A stretch of 64,000 nucleotides of DNA from Eledone cirrhosa (Eukaryota): NCBI GenBank assembly GCA_964016885.1, contig OZ024740.1, positions 30,318,001-30,382,000 on the forward strand, written 5' to 3'. A program made the translations under genes and the position numbers. Under the pieces are notes generated by a model. That model saw only the letters and a program-made list of their open reading frames with translations, made no database searches and was not told the DNA's origin. Below, one piece after another: positions 41,826-53,670 of this stretch. Numbering within the stretch: position 1 is the stretch's first letter; the number at the start of each line of letters is the position of its first letter.

Positions 41826-41904
41826 ACAGAATTTATGTATGGTAAAATTAAAAAATAGATTTGCAATCACGAAATAGGACGGGAAAAGAGTACAGAATCT
41901 ACTA

Positions 41905-42470
41905 CATACACACACACACACATACATACACACTCACTCTCTCTCAGGCACACACAAGCTCACACACACGTACATACATACACACACACGCGCACACACA
42001 CACTCACGTTCTCTCTCCCCCTGTCCCTCTCACACACACGTACATACATACACACACACGCGCACACACACACTCACGTTCTCTCTCCCCCTGTCCCTCT
42101 CAGGCACACACAAGCTCACACACACATGCATACATATACACAAACACACATGCACAACACATACACACGAGGGACTACCATACAACTATTTACGAACTTC
42201 ACTCGCAAAACATTGACAGGAACCACACACCGTGCCACACACTGTCCCACACACTGTGCCACACACCGTGTCACACAACGTGTCACTCACTTCGATAGGA
42301 ACCACACAACGTGTCACACGCTGTGCCACACAGTGTCAGACAGCGTGTCACACACTTCGATAGGAACCACACATTGTGTTACACACAGTTCCACACACCG
42401 TGGCACACACTCCGATAGGAACTACACACTGTGTCACACACCCCGTGTCACACACTCCGATGAGAACCAC
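41905..42470. repeat. (CA)n-derived compound and degenerate tandem repeats
   Basis: 52-bp duplication at ~41960-42100; recurring gataggaaccacac and gtgtcacac. Confidence 0.8.
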
Positions 42471-42629
42471 GTGATAGTGAAGTAAACTTCTTAACAACAT
42501 TGTATATTTTTTTTAACTTTCTGTAATGTATATAAGCAAAAGGGATATTCAATTCGTTGGTAATTAAAAAAATATAAATGTTTATAACTGATTCAGAGCA
42601 CTCGACAAGTTTTCTGGAGTATAATATTC

Positions 42630-42871
42630 AATGATATTAAATAAATGGAAACTATATTTATAAAACCATATTTATTCTATTATATATATTTCAAGGGTAC
42701 CAAGGAAAGCTTAAACCGTTAAGGTATCTTTTTCTTGGTTATGTCAAAATTTATAAAACACACTTTGTATTTTATCTGATGAAAGCGTACCAAAGTTTTG
42801 GTTCCCTTGAAATAGAAATAATAGAATAAATATGGTTTTATAAATGTAGTTTCCATCTATTTAATATCATT
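42630..42871. repeat. Inverted-repeat element with a hammerhead-like core
   Basis: ~70-bp inverted arms; ctgatga-hairpin-gaaa at 42776-42812. Confidence 0.7.
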
Positions 42872-43010
42872 GTGTATGTATATATATACATAGGGGTCAT
42901 ACTTTTTCCTATATATATATATTGCTATAACATGACCCTCCCCAAATATATTTGTTTCAACACCCGATTTCATATCAAAAACCTTGCAAAACAAATTCAG
43001 CACCGTATAT

Positions 43011-43416
43011 AGAGATGACCACTTAGCCTTTGTCAAGGCAGAATTCTAGGAGAAGGAAAACTCTGATATAACACCTGCAACCCTGATGGTATCCAATGAT
43101 GTTGACTTGTTGTTCTTTTTGGTAAATATCATCTTGGTTAAGAGAGTGGGACTGGCTTTGTGCAGTGCCTTTGCTCACTATAAAAGCTTCACGGCACAGG
43201 CATTGCTTTATATCTGGAGATCTCTCTGCACTTGTCATCACATGGTACCATGGGCCCAGCACTATGTGTCAATAATTGTCACAAGTGTAGTGTTTGCACC
43301 AGAGTTTTCAAGTCGCTGGCTGAACTAAAAAGTCACACTCGTTCAGCGCATCGGTAGGGGTTCTCCTACATGGATATAAAGTAGTGGCTGTACTCGAAAA
43401 CGAGTTGGCAGCCACC
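43011..43416 (+). mobile_element. Second copy of the 14161-14566 element
   Basis: Same 406-bp length with few substitutions; both end gcagccacc followed by (AT)n. Confidence 0.85.
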
Positions 43417-44004
43417 ATATATATAAATAAAGTTGACGGAACTAGCATGGGTGTCACTGCTAGGACCGGTTGCATCTCAGCGTGCTCAATAGGTAATGTT
43501 AAATAAACTTCCAAAGTATACACAGTTATTCGCTTCGATACAGCGCACATAAACGGGTACCTATATATATATATTATAAACATTTTTGCTATGAAAAACA
43601 TCAGGAGACTAATATTCTTTTACACGAAAAAATCCCAATAAATAACTTTATTTACAATAGTATAAATAATCAATGCCATTACATATGGGAAAGGGGTAAA
43701 GAAGGGCAGCTCTGGCTGGGTGGAAAAGTAGAGGAAAGGACTATAAAAGCAATGAACGAGAAGAAAGGGGGGGGGACAAGGCCTCTAGAGCCACAGAAGA
43801 AAAAGGATATAAAGTGTTCACCACAAACTATAATTAAAAGCTTGCCAGAAAGTTATGACGTTTTAATCGGGTAAGAATCAGTGGGAAATACCCCCATCAG
43901 CTGATGCTTTCAAACTTTTATATATCCTTTACGCCTACATATATGACGAGGATAAACAACACTTGCTGTTTCATCTCAAACAAACCCTATCATCTTACAT
44001 ACAC

Positions 44005-44077
<73 letters not shown>

Positions 44078-44079
<2 letters not shown>

Positions 44080-44216
44080 AAAAGAATGACATCACTTGTA
44101 GTTCTAAACAATTTTATAATTTTACAATGTACATATAAAATTAAATTGTTTAGAACTACAAGTGAAGTCATTCTTTTCCTATACCTAACTGTACCAAGGA
44201 TTTCACACATTTCCAA
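44078..44216. repeat. Palindromic element after (TA)n; rearranged copy at ~32450-32580
   Basis: ggaaaagaatgacatcacttgtagttctaaacaattt ... aaattgtttagaactacaagtgaagtcattcttttcc. Confidence 0.8.
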
Positions 44217-44947
44217 TATATATAATATAGAAATGGCTTCTACAGGACTAGGACTGTTTCATTTGTAAGAAATCATTACGAATGAAATAGTTCTAGTCAT
44301 GTAGAAGCCATTTCTATATTATATTGTGTATATATTCTACTAATGTATAGAGTACTTCACTTACAGTGGTTACCCCCCCCCCCCTCCCCCGCTTGGACCT
44401 GGGACTATATATATATATATATATATAATCTGTTCATTAAAAAAACAGCCAACAAAACCGAAAAAAAGTACAAGAAGCGTACCTCTTTCATGACAATATC
44501 TCTACATTCTATTTCAATTAAGACTATTTAGGGATTTACAAAAATTATTTAATTACTGAAATAGTTACTTCACATATGGTTCTTATATAAAATTATGCTG
44601 GAAGATTTGAATTTAAATAGGAACCTTTTAGAATAGGTGGTTTTCTTTCATATAAGCAGAGCCGATTTTCTCTGGGTTGGTAAGGAAAAGGTTAGGTCAC
44701 TGGGTGTTCAAAAATGCCGCCATGGTCAACTTTGTCTTTCACAGGTTGATATAATACCTGGGCAAGTACTTGAGTTGATATAATCGACTTTGCCCCACTC
44801 CCCTTCCTCAAATTTCTGTCCTTTTACTTGTTAGAAACCATTACATATTATTTGCACTGTGATGTTACCGAAGACAGGATGTTCCGATTCAACATTCCAA
44901 TCATATGTATTAATTCACTCCAAGTTTATTATTACTAAAAAACTAAC

Positions 44948-44971
44948 CAGTATCGAATTTCCCCACCGCAC
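44948..44971 (-). CDS. Candidate 24-nt micro-exon (phase 1 to 1) of the KHK-like gene
   Basis: tgttttcag|GTGCGGTGGGGAAATTCGATACTG|gttagt; in frame with the candidate first exon (MVDRLGAVGKFDT). No homology support. Confidence 0.3.
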
Positions 44972-45490
44972 CTGAAAACACTACAAGTGAGATGTGGAAA
45001 CTACCTAAAAAAGTAACTATATATTGTTATGTTTGGGGAGGATCATGTCTTAATAATGCCAAAAAATAGTAAAACACTCAGTTTGGTTTGGTTTTCGCTT
45101 TAGTATATTTTTTCTGGCACTAGTAGGACAACACGATCCTCCCCAAATATAACAATATCTGTTTCACACACGATTTCATATTTTTAAAAAAACTTGCAAA
45201 ACAAATACATCGCCGCTAATGTTTAAAATATTTATTGGAAATATTCCATAATTTAAATGAAATTAAGTTTACCTTAAAAACTGAGTTATATAACTTAGAA
45301 AAACTTTGTATATATCTTAATATATTGATCTATGTTGGTTATCAAGTGGGAGACATCGATAAGAGCCTCGTCTAGCATGTTTGTATTTAATGTCCAAGTT
45401 ATGGTTACTTTAGTGATAGCTTATTTTATTGTGGGTAACGATGTGTATTAAGGTAACTAAGAAAAATATAAAGTAAAAGTTTCTCTAGCG

Positions 45491-45746
45491 TGTAGTTAGA
45501 AAAAGCTATCTCACTTACCGCTTTTCACAGGCGCCGCTAAATTCCACTGCAGGTACTCCTCTTCCACGTGCGTCCGACTGCTTAACACTGGGAGCTGCCC
45601 AAAACTCGCGTCCACACCGTGTGCTGGTCACCACTAGAGAGAGACCCTCTCCTGGCCCTTCCAGTCAAGCATCCTTCCGGCCAAAGACCCCTTCCGGTCG
45701 AGCACCCCCCCCGCCTCCGGCCACCGCACGCCACACCATACCCACA
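45491..45746 (-). repeat. 3' LTR (256 bp)
   Basis: Matches the 5' LTR apart from about 7 substitutions and a ~25-bp deletion (counted by eye). Confidence 0.95.
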
Positions 45747-45821
45747 CGCCCCCCCCTGATCTCAAGGATCAATTTCCCCCTCGTCCCTCTGCATATGAAA
45801 GTCTGCTGTCCAGGTCGGTGG

Positions 45822-47992
45822 TTAACGACTTCGTTGCGATCTTCGTAGTATTGGGGCAGAGCTCTGGGTTTCCACCTCATCTTGGGTTTCCTCTTCCTCG
45901 GAGTCCGTCGACACAGTGATTCTTCTTACATCCAGGACATGACGTAGTACCCCGTCCACGGACACATTGTTCTTTGAATTTACGGCCGTCACCGTTCCCC
46001 TTCCCCATTGAGATGTGCAACGTGCATCTGGGGGCTTAACCAGACTTCTTCGCCCACCTGCACGAATGCACTCTCTCTCCCCACTGGCCGTTGTGGTGGC
46101 GTGCACGGGTGCCGCCACTCGTATTTGAATACTGCTCTGTGTGGCACCGATTCCTCGACCTGTCCAACCCGAGGGGACATATTGTACCAGAACACTGCCT
46201 CCATTGGTGAGATATGGCCCCGCTCCGCCATTGCCTTGATCGTCCGGTGGTGTCGCTCCACGATTCCATTCCCGCTCGGCCTGTGCGCCGCTCTGAAGAA
46301 ACGGTCCACCTTCCATCCATCGAGCATCTCCCTCAGTGCCTCCGAGCGGAACGCTGCGCTGTTGTCCATCAACAGTTCGTCCACAGGGCCCCGCTCCAAG
46401 AACACCTCTCTCAACGTCCGCACGATATCCTCGGCCGTTCCAGTCTTCATCTCCCTCCATATCGTCATTCGACCTGGTCCACAGTCGACCATCGAGAGGT
46501 ACGTTCCCTGCCGGTAGTGCGTCACATCCACCGCTAATCGCTTCCAGTCGCGATCCACCGGGAGGCTTCCCGTTTCGTGTACACCCGGGGCGGGATCAAT
46601 GGACTGACATCGGGCGCAGCCTCTAACCACCCCCCGAACACTGCGTCTGCTAACGTCCGAGTCGATTCTCCTGGCTAGGAACAGGCTCCTATCCACCCCC
46701 ATGTGGTGCATGTCATGCAACCCCTTCAGGTCTAACTCGGTCAGCCGACACACGGCAGCTATCTCATCCTCTACCTCCTCCGGCGCTTCCATCCAGGCTT
46801 TCTTCACTCTAGTTAAGATGTCCGCCCTATTTTTCTCTGAGGGCACGAACACTACGCTCAGCTTCAGGTCGAACTCGGTGGCCAGCTCTCCTAACGTTCC
46901 CACGCGGCGCTTTATCAGCATCTCCGCCGCGCCTCTCGTTCGCACTCTCTTCTCACTGGTGAGCACTGATCTTACCCATCCGAGTACAGTAGCCGAGTCG
47001 GTGCGTATCTCGATGGTGCGCAGCCCCCACCGCAGGGCGAGGTTCACCCCTCTCAACACCGCGTCCAGCTCTGCCACATTGATGTGGCTGCAGTCGTCCT
47101 TCTTTCTAAGCCAGGCTGCATCCACGACCTCAACACCTCCTATCTCCAACGTGACACCCAGCGCTATGCTGCTGGCATCGCACCATACGGTCCCGCTCCG
47201 TGATTTGGGAACGTACCAGCGTCCCCGCACTGGGTCGTCGGCCTTCACTCTCCCCACGATCTCCTGCATCATGGCCACCGTTCTCTCTCCCACTCTGTCA
47301 CTCCAAGTCACCCCTCCCGCTCGTCTCTTGACATAGCTGCATGCCGTCCGGAGCCACCCAGCGATCGGGTAGTGACCCACCAGCTTTCCACACACCGAGA
47401 AAAGCTCCCGCCTATTCATACTTGGGCCCAGTTCCGGAACTTCGTTTCCCCTCTGGAACACCAAAACGCCCGTCTTATCTCGCCGTAGCCTAAGTCCCAG
47501 CGCGGGTCCTCCCTCCAATGCTTCTGATGGCTTCGCAGTCAGTCCATACCTCCGCAAATGGCTCGTGACCTCCGCCGTCGACACCACCGACTCGTCCACT
47601 AGGATGTTGTCAATATAGGAGTTAGTAGCCCTCTTTATCTTGTCGGCCCTCCCCAGAGCGGTCTTGAGGACCGCCACCATGATCTTCGGTGCGGAGCTCG
47701 GCCCGAAACCGAGCCTGGTCAGGCAATACGTCCGGCCCTTATACCTGACCAGCTGATACCGCCAGAGCTTCTCATCTATATGCAACTGCAAGTAAGCCGA
47801 CTTTAGATCCACGATCGCTGAACCCCCCGTCATACGTCTCCACTCACGCAGGGTTTCCCCACAGACATCCGTGACCTCGCCACCCTTGTGGCATGACACG
47901 TGCTCGTTCAGCTCTCGATAGTCCAGCACCGGCCTCACCTTGCTCTTCGTGGGTTGCACCACCGCCATCAACGGCAATACTCCGCACTTCAC
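45822..47992 (-). pseudogene. Gypsy pol: RT-RNase H-integrase
   Basis: RPVLDYRELN, DLKSAYLQL, YIDN (catalytic YxDD altered), WCDASS, HHMG..C..C, DVTHY, MDNS, GNGIVER; frameshift near the C-terminus. Confidence 0.92.
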
Positions 47993-48567
47993 CTCCTCCT
48001 TCCAGGGAAGCAGTATGCCCTCTTCGATCCATCTTCTCGCTCGAACTCGCTCCTAGCGTTTCCCTTCAATGTGTGTTGATAGCAGCCCACTTTGGTCTTC
48101 AGTGTTGGTGGTTCTCCCTTCCAGTACCACTCAACAATCCATCGCTGCCCATCAAACACGGCCTTGAAGTCTTTGTCCTGTACAGTGTAAGCGGGATATT
48201 CCTCCTCGTGGGCCTTCTGGTTCTCATGACGTGCACTCACAGCGCATACCGATGCAGCGGCGCCAAACGACATACCGACATTGTTCACCGTGACGCCCCC
48301 TAGACGGCCAATCGCGTCCATGCCCATAACCACGACGATCCCATCCACCACACTGTCTACCACGATGGCGGAAAGCCTTATCGTCCTTCCCCGTACCGCT
48401 ATTTTCATCTCGCTGCGACCTCGGCATTCAATTTTCCTGCCGTTGACTGCCCTTATGCTGCTCTTCCCTCCCCACCTCTGCGCCACCCCCGCGGTCACCA
48501 GTGTCGTCGCACAGCCCGTATCCACGAGGGCTCGCTGTGGCTTCCCCCTCACGAAGACTTCCACCAT
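47989..48567 (-). pseudogene. Gypsy aspartic protease
   Basis: ALVDTGCATTL and VVMGMDAI. Confidence 0.88.
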
Positions 48568-48578
48568 GGGCAGCGCCG

Positions 48579-49338
48579 CTACTCGTAAGGGGCAACTACC
48601 GGCGCAGTAGTTCCCTTTGGATCGTTTCCCTGGTCGCAGTTAGTAGCGATGTGGCCTGGTCGCTTACACCGGTAGCAAATTATCTCCGGCTTCGACTCTC
48701 TAGTCTCTAGCCATATGCGGGCCCTGGCACCTAAAACAGCGCCCCCTAAACTCGCGCGGACGGCCGCGTGCCGAGGTTGCCTCCCTTTCACCATTTCGCT
48801 GCCAGGTGTCCTGGGCCTCCGTAGTCGCTATCGCCGCAACACTCTTTTTGGCATCTTCCGCTATGATCCGGGCTTGTTCCACCAGTGAACGCATTTCCAT
48901 CTCTTTATACCCCGGGACTTGCTGCAGTTTCACCGCTATGTCGTCCGGAAATCCATTGATGAACGCCAACCGCACCGTGCGTTCGCATTCCACCTGGTAA
49001 CCGACCAACATAGCCAACCGCCTTATTTCCGCTGCAAAAATGTCAACGCGCTCACCATTCCACCTGATTCTCGCCAGCTTAGCAAAAGCCGCCAACGGTC
49101 CCTCGGCGAATGCATCCATCAGACGCCTCTCAATCTTCTGCACATCTCTTTGGCTGTGCTCGTCCAACTCAATGAAGAGTACCAGCGCGTCGCCCCCGAG
49201 GTACAATGCCATTAGGCCGGCCACGTCTTCTATCTTCTGCAAGCCTGCGACCAGCCGAACCTTCCGCAGCCAAGCGACAACATTACCTTCCCCGGTGAAT
49301 GCCCTGATAGCTTCGTTCATCCGTAGTCTTTTCGCCAT
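48579..49338 (-). pseudogene. Gypsy gag with two zinc knuckles (frameshifted)
   Basis: ATG at 49338; CFRCQGPHMARD then, in another frame, CYRCKRPGHIATNC. Confidence 0.85.
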
Positions 49339-49404
49339 CTTCTGATTTGTCTTGCGGCAAGTGTTTTTTTTGTTTTGTTTTTTTTTTCAGTCGCCGAAAT
49401 AGCT

Positions 49405-49685
49405 TGTGGTTAGAAAAAGCTATCTCACTTACCGCTGTTCACAGGCGCCGCTAAATTCCACTGCAGGTACTCCTCTTCCACGTGCGTCCGACTGCTTAAC
49501 ACTGGGAGATGCCCAAAACTCGTGTCCACACCGTGTGCTGGTCACCACTAGAGAGAGGCCCTCTCCTGGCCCTTCCGGTCGAGCATCCTTCCGGCCAAAG
49601 ACCCCTTCCGGTCGAGCACTCAAAAATCCCTTCCAGTCGAGCACTCCCCCCGCCTCCGGCCACCGCACGCCACACCATACCCACA
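49405..49685 (-). repeat. 5' LTR (281 bp)
   Basis: tgtggttagaaaaagc...cataccCACA. Confidence 0.95.
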
Positions 49686-49690
49686 TAGCG

Positions 49691-49999
49691 TACTCTCAAG
49701 TCCCGAATGATCGTGCCCTCACGCCACCCCGCTTATTAAATTTTGCTAATCTATCTCCGGCTAAATGTTATTTCAAGTGGTTGCATTCCTACGAACAATT
49801 AAAATTATGTATGACCAAAAAAATGTACATTACTATAAATCCTATATATTATAAAATAAATAGGATGGGTTGGGGTCTCAATATGTAAACTAAATGACTA
49901 ATTCGGGTTTTTTATTTTAAAAAAATCAACCGATTTTCCAGGGGACCCACCCCTCCCAACTATTCCATCACCACCCCATAATATTTGGGACCCGAGAGT
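49691..49999 (-). mobile_element. MITE family copy (reverse orientation)
   Basis: tactctcaagtc...gacccgagagt; reverse complement of 34167-34559. Confidence 0.75.
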
Positions 50000-50200
50000 C
50001 AATTACATATATTTGTTTACATATATATATGGAAAGGAGAGGTTAGAATCCAGCACAGAAAACTAATAGAAAATTACACTTGGATAGTTTTATCACGCTT
50101 TGCATTTCACAACTGCTACTAAAATACACACAACACACACTTCTTACATGAAGAAAGAATCTTGTAGTAGAGTAACTGTTAAAGTTCTTTATTTACTCAC

Positions 50201-50216
50201 CGAGTCTGTCAACCAT
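50201..50216 (-). CDS. Candidate first coding exon end (ATG GTT GAC AGA CTC G|gtgagt), presumably the 5' exon of the KHK-like gene
   Basis: caaaATGG start context and a perfect gtgagt donor, just downstream of a CpG-containing promoter-like region. Assignment to KHK is inference. Confidence 0.45.
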
Positions 50217-50469
50217 TTTGAATAAACTGTGTCGTCCGACCGTAACACACGCTTGATGTGTTTGTTTTCGGTCAACTCCCTAAAGCAAAACTGCTTTCAG
50301 CTTTTCTTCAGCGTAATAAAAGAAAAGCTCCCGAAAGAAAAAAACAATCCTTTGAGTACTGAGAGGGATATTCAACGGATTACTGGTGCTTTTCTTTTCA
50401 ATACTGACTTTGTTTCTTCTATAAATATCCCAGTTTTTACGGTTTTCTTACTTTTTCTTAACTAACATG

Positions 50470-50600
50470 CTGAGGCGTTGCCTTCGCGCGTTACACTATC
50501 AAATGTTTGTGAATGAAATTATTCAATTTGACCTCATTGCTTTCGTCACTTCCGTTCCGGTCATGCTCATAACCCTAACCGGGTAGCAATTTATTCAAGC
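50470..50600. promoter_or_regulatory. Putative housekeeping promoter
   Basis: Local CpG enrichment (ttcgcgcgtt), ETS-like cacttccgttccgg and taaccctaacc upstream of the candidate first exon. Confidence 0.4.
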
Positions 50601-50760
50601 ACGCACTAATTCTTTTCATTGCATTGAGGTTTATTATAGTTGAGAAAATCGATTAAATAATTTGATACATCTGTGGAAACCTTCCCGCATACATGCACTC
50701 TCTCATACATCTCGCTATTTGACAATTTGAAGCTGTCAGCGCTACTGCAGATTTTGAAAA

Positions 50761-50800
<40 letters not shown>

Positions 50801-50804
<4 letters not shown>

Positions 50805-51483
50805 GGAAATCAGTAAAATCGAATCTCTGGCGGTTTGCAAGTAAATTCGGCCTACTTATATGAAATGATGAGTTAGCAAAGCACTCGATAAGATAGGACC
50901 TCAGAGTAATAACATACGTTTAAATAGCTTGACAAATCGAACATTGTGGTAGGCGAAACTAACACACAATACATACCAAAGTAACGATAGAACTAATCAG
51001 GTTGAGAAAAGTACACCTGGACAAATCAAATGAACAATTGTTTAAAGTGTTTCTTTGAATCCAAAATCAAATATCAGACTTACGTGAATGGCAAGCTCAT
51101 GGTATTGGTGATCGAATGGAGGATTCAGTTTATCAACAGGTTTTCGTTCTGCCTAGGACCGGAGTGATAAATTATATGTTGCATCTCTGGTATGGCTGCT
51201 AATCGTATCTATAGTTATCACGTGTTAATTCCGGCAAGGGAAATAACCCCCGGTTTTAGGCGGGTCATTCAAAATGCTAGCGAAAGGAAATATTATAATT
51301 TCCGCTAATCAACATGATAAGCTCTCGACTAGATGTTATAAAACAAACACAAATAATTAACCAATCAACAGAATTGTCTAATTAAATTAATTAGTTAATT
51401 ATTAAATCTAGGAGAATAATATAATTGGAAATCAGTAAAATCGAATCTCTGGCGGTTTGCAAGTAAATTCGGCCTACTTATAT
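50801..51483. mobile_element. ~622-nt non-coding element with identical 61-bp terminal direct repeats, in (TA)n
   Basis: aattggaaatcagtaaaatcg...ggcctacttatat at 50801-50861 and 51423-51483. Confidence 0.8.
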
Positions 51484-52954
51484 ATATAGTTTAATAAATG
51501 AACAGAGAACAAAAAACAGAGAGGCAGTACAAATGATATTAGTATTAGTTTCACGCTTGGGAGTGCGGGGGGGGGGGGGAGAAAGAGGGACAGATCAAAA
51601 CTAAAGCGCAAAAATAACTTTTCTGATAGCTATAAATATACGAGAAAGATAAAAATAAAAAAAAACAAGGTAAATTAGATTTATAAATTTGAAAATAACA
51701 TGAAAAATAAAAGACATGTAAAATAAATAGTTATTATACACCATTTTAAAAATGTACCTTTAAGAGAATATTCTCTTTTATTAGTAGAAAAGAAGTGAGT
51801 GCATTCCTTTGAATCTTATAGAACACTTCTTTCCATTCAATAGATAATACATTGTGTTCTTTCTTCAGATTCGTTGATTTTTTCCTGTACGTTTCACTTC
51901 TATTTTTCATCAGACATAAATGTTGAATCGTAGTTATTTTCTTTTTCGGTTTTTCCAGTTTTAATTTCGGTGTTGTTGTTGTCGTCGTTTCTTCTTTTTC
52001 TTTTTATCTGTCTTATTTTTCTTCTTCTTCACACCCATCCAGTATTGCACACAGAGCCTTGCTGGAGGTATTAAGGTTTCCAGGTCATTAATTGTGCAGG
52101 AATCTTCAAGACTGGAGCAAACTAGAAGGTAGGTGCTCCATAGTTTGTAATTGTCTGCATTGGTAGTTGGAATGGAATCATCATCGGTGGCTTACCCCCA
52201 TTTCTGAAGTTTGGCTCCTCAGCGACCAACAACTGCTCGGAAGTGATTCAGGCAGGACCAGAAGGGCCAGGGAGATGTTATTCTGTAGGGCTGAGTGAGA
52301 GGGGCTGAGTGAGAGGGCCTGAGTTCCACGCTGTTAAGGTGGCATGACCAGAATGGCCAGTCATCACTGGAGCCAGAGGGAAGATATTCTATAGGGCTGA
52401 GTGAGAGAGCCTGAGTTCCACATTGTTAAGGTGACTACATAATAATGTCTAATAATAATGGTTTCTGATTTAGGCACAAGGCCAACAATTTTGGGGGAGG
52501 GGAAAGTCAATTAAATCGACCCCCAGTGCTTGACTGGTTCTTTATTTCATGCTGTTGTTGTTGTTTCTTCTTCTCAATGTGTTTCAGTTAATTTTCAAAA
52601 TTCATTTCCCTCAATTCTCTGCATATTCTGATCGTTCACTCCCCGTATCTCACTACCATGCAACATTGCACATCACACACAGTTTGTATTTCATTGAATG
52701 AAAGAAAGCTTCTGTTGTCAGAGTTTGTAGCTCCCTGAACTCTTTCAATTATGTTCTTATTTTAGATACTATGCTCACAGAGCAACCCCCTTCACTGCTA
52801 ATTAGATCACCTAGGTAGCAGAAGCTATCAACCACTTCTATGGATCCTTTCTAGGATTGGAGGAAAAAGTTTATTTTACTATGGTTCTTATATAAAATTA
52901 TGTTGGAAGAGTTTAATTTAAATAGGATCCTTTTAAAATGAGTGGTTCTCTTCT

Positions 52955-53440
52955 TCTTTGCCCATTTATACCTGAGAGGGTTATGGAGGTAGTGTCTGAA
53001 ACACTCCTTCCTGCAGGTCCTGTCAGAAACAACCGTCTCTAGCTAATCCAGCTGAATCCCCAAGCAAGACCATCCAAGCTCATGGATGCTATCCAACCAT
53101 CTTTCTCAGAGTCTACCCCTGGTTGGTTTTCCTCGTAAAATCTGTCCAGCGATTCTTTCCCCGAGACATTCTAACCACATACCCATAGTATCAGAACTGT
53201 GATCTCTCAATTTGTAAAAATTCATAAAACCAGAGCCAGTTTTGTCTGGATTGATATACTTATAGTGACTCCTTTTGTAGCAAATTAGGTGTTGAAATGA
53301 GATGGTGGTGTGTTGTGGTGTTGATTCACTTGGATTGCTTAGTTGTATGGTCACTGTTGTGTAGAATCTAGGCAAACGAAGTGGTATACCTGATACAGTG
53401 TGACCAGAGAATGTGGGTGGGCAAGTAAGTGAATAAGTGT
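52955..53440 (-). mobile_element. Decayed RTE-like LINE 3' fragment (related copy ~33775-33930)
   Basis: ERIAGQILRGKPTRGR followed by a W.D-type tail; shared ccaagctcatggatg.tatccaaccat. Confidence 0.6.
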
Positions 53441-53475
53441 TCATTATAATGATGATGATGATGATGATGAATTCA

Positions 53476-53670
53476 CGGTGGTAGATTGGCAGTATTGGTA
53501 GAGGGTCTTCTGACGCCATGCTTTGCAGCAAAGAGTTACGTCCCTTTACGGTCTGAGTTCAAATCCTGCCGAGGTTAACTTTGCCTTTCATCCTTACGGG
53601 GTCGATAAAATAAAGTACCAGTAATGTACTGGGTAATTGCTGGCCTTGTGCCAAACGAAGAAACAATTAT
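53476..53670 (+). mobile_element. OK-like SINE
   Basis: Consensus match; attataatgatgatgatga duplicated on both flanks. Confidence 0.85.

Larger units (their letters stand above)
45491..49685 (-). mobile_element. Full-length compact Ty3/Gypsy LTR retrotransposon (4.2 kb), inactivated
   Basis: TG...CA LTRs at 45491-45746 and 49405-49685; TSD tagcg at 45486-45490 and 49686-49690; G-rich PPT adjacent to 45746; domain order gag-PR-RT-RH-IN. Confidence 0.96.

Noticed and set aside
46008-49345. Plus-strand ORFs overlapping the Gypsy element (and similar ones over the RTE and CR1)
   Set aside because: Antisense shadows of coding sequence with no recognisable motifs.
50570-50580. Telomeric-type repeat taaccctaacc
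   Set aside because: Fewer than two full units; not a telomere.
53476-53575. tRNA genes at SINE heads
   Set aside because: A/B-box-like motifs continue into the SINE body and no cloverleaf is evident.
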